DNA of 26,623 nt. It comes from Polyangiaceae bacterium (GTDB lineage Bacteria > Myxococcota_A > Polyangia > Polyangiales > Polyangiaceae). Under the pieces are notes generated by a model that was not told the origin of the DNA, searched no databases, and saw only the letters and a list, made by a program, of their open reading frames with translations. Positions 26,499 through 26,623 of this stretch are shown here, piece by piece (the first letter of the stretch is position 1; every line of letters starts with the position of its first letter). A program made the translations under genes and the position numbers. The stretch spans positions 1 to 26,623 of the forward strand of contig JBILLK010000051.1 of assembly GCA_044376115.1 (NCBI GenBank), given 5' to 3'.

Positions 26499-26623
26499 GA
26501 GGGTGTCAGAATTTCCGTGTTACTTGCCTAGATGGGCAGTCGGTCGGGAAACATGATGGCTAGATGCGCGAGCGCTTTCGTCCAGGCGACGGGCCGATTC
26601 CATCTGTGCTTGGCCTTTGCCAA
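26499..26623 (-). mobile_element. IS256-family insertion sequence, right end (partial)
   Basis: Terminal GAGGGTGTCAGAATTTCCGTGT resembles IS256 inverted repeats and follows a transposase-like C-terminus. Confidence 0.8.
26528..26623 (-). CDS. C-terminal fragment of an IS256-family transposase
   Basis: LAKAKHRWNRPVAWTKALAHLAIMFPDRLPI* matches the IS256 C-terminal W..P..W..AL....I.F.DR pattern. It is not in the ORF track. Confidence 0.75.
   Translation of the reverse strand: MAKAKHRWNRPVAWTKALAHLAIMFPDRLPI

Overview
This is a GC-rich bacterial window, plausibly Myxococcota/Polyangiaceae-like (inference only), cut at both edges inside insertion sequences: an IS21-family left end at 1-127 and an IS256-family right end at 26499-26623. 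About 0.5-19.3 kb is a defence island. It holds a type I restriction-modification operon (hsdM-yhcG/DUF1016-hsdS-hsdR, minus strand) whose HsdR has an extra ~290-aa C-terminal domain with a HEPN-like RNDFAH motif. Divergent from it is a translationally coupled four-gene operon: ECF sigma factor, Cys-containing unknown, putative anti-sigma, and a Lon-protease-domain/TPR protein with no AAA+ module. A coiled-coil PD-(D/E)XK nuclease, a HEPN gene with an atypical partner, a membrane-anchored DUF4145-like protein and a DEAH/DUF1998-like helicase follow. The strongest unannotated signal is a 27-bp ECF-type promoter motif, TGTCAGA-N15-G(C/A)GTG, found four times just upstream of hsdM, the putative anti-sigma, the nuclease and the helicase. 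Together these suggest a CRISPR-independent, protease-triggered sigma switch that induces the island's defence genes. The rest (19.4-26.5 kb) looks like ordinary chromosome: SAM methyltransferase, stand-alone rpsD lacking the Zn-binding CxxC motif under a Fur/Zur-type box, a hypothetical, a class III cyclase, a lipoprotein esterase and an IS256-truncated S41 peptidase. All family calls are by motif recognition; no database search was run.
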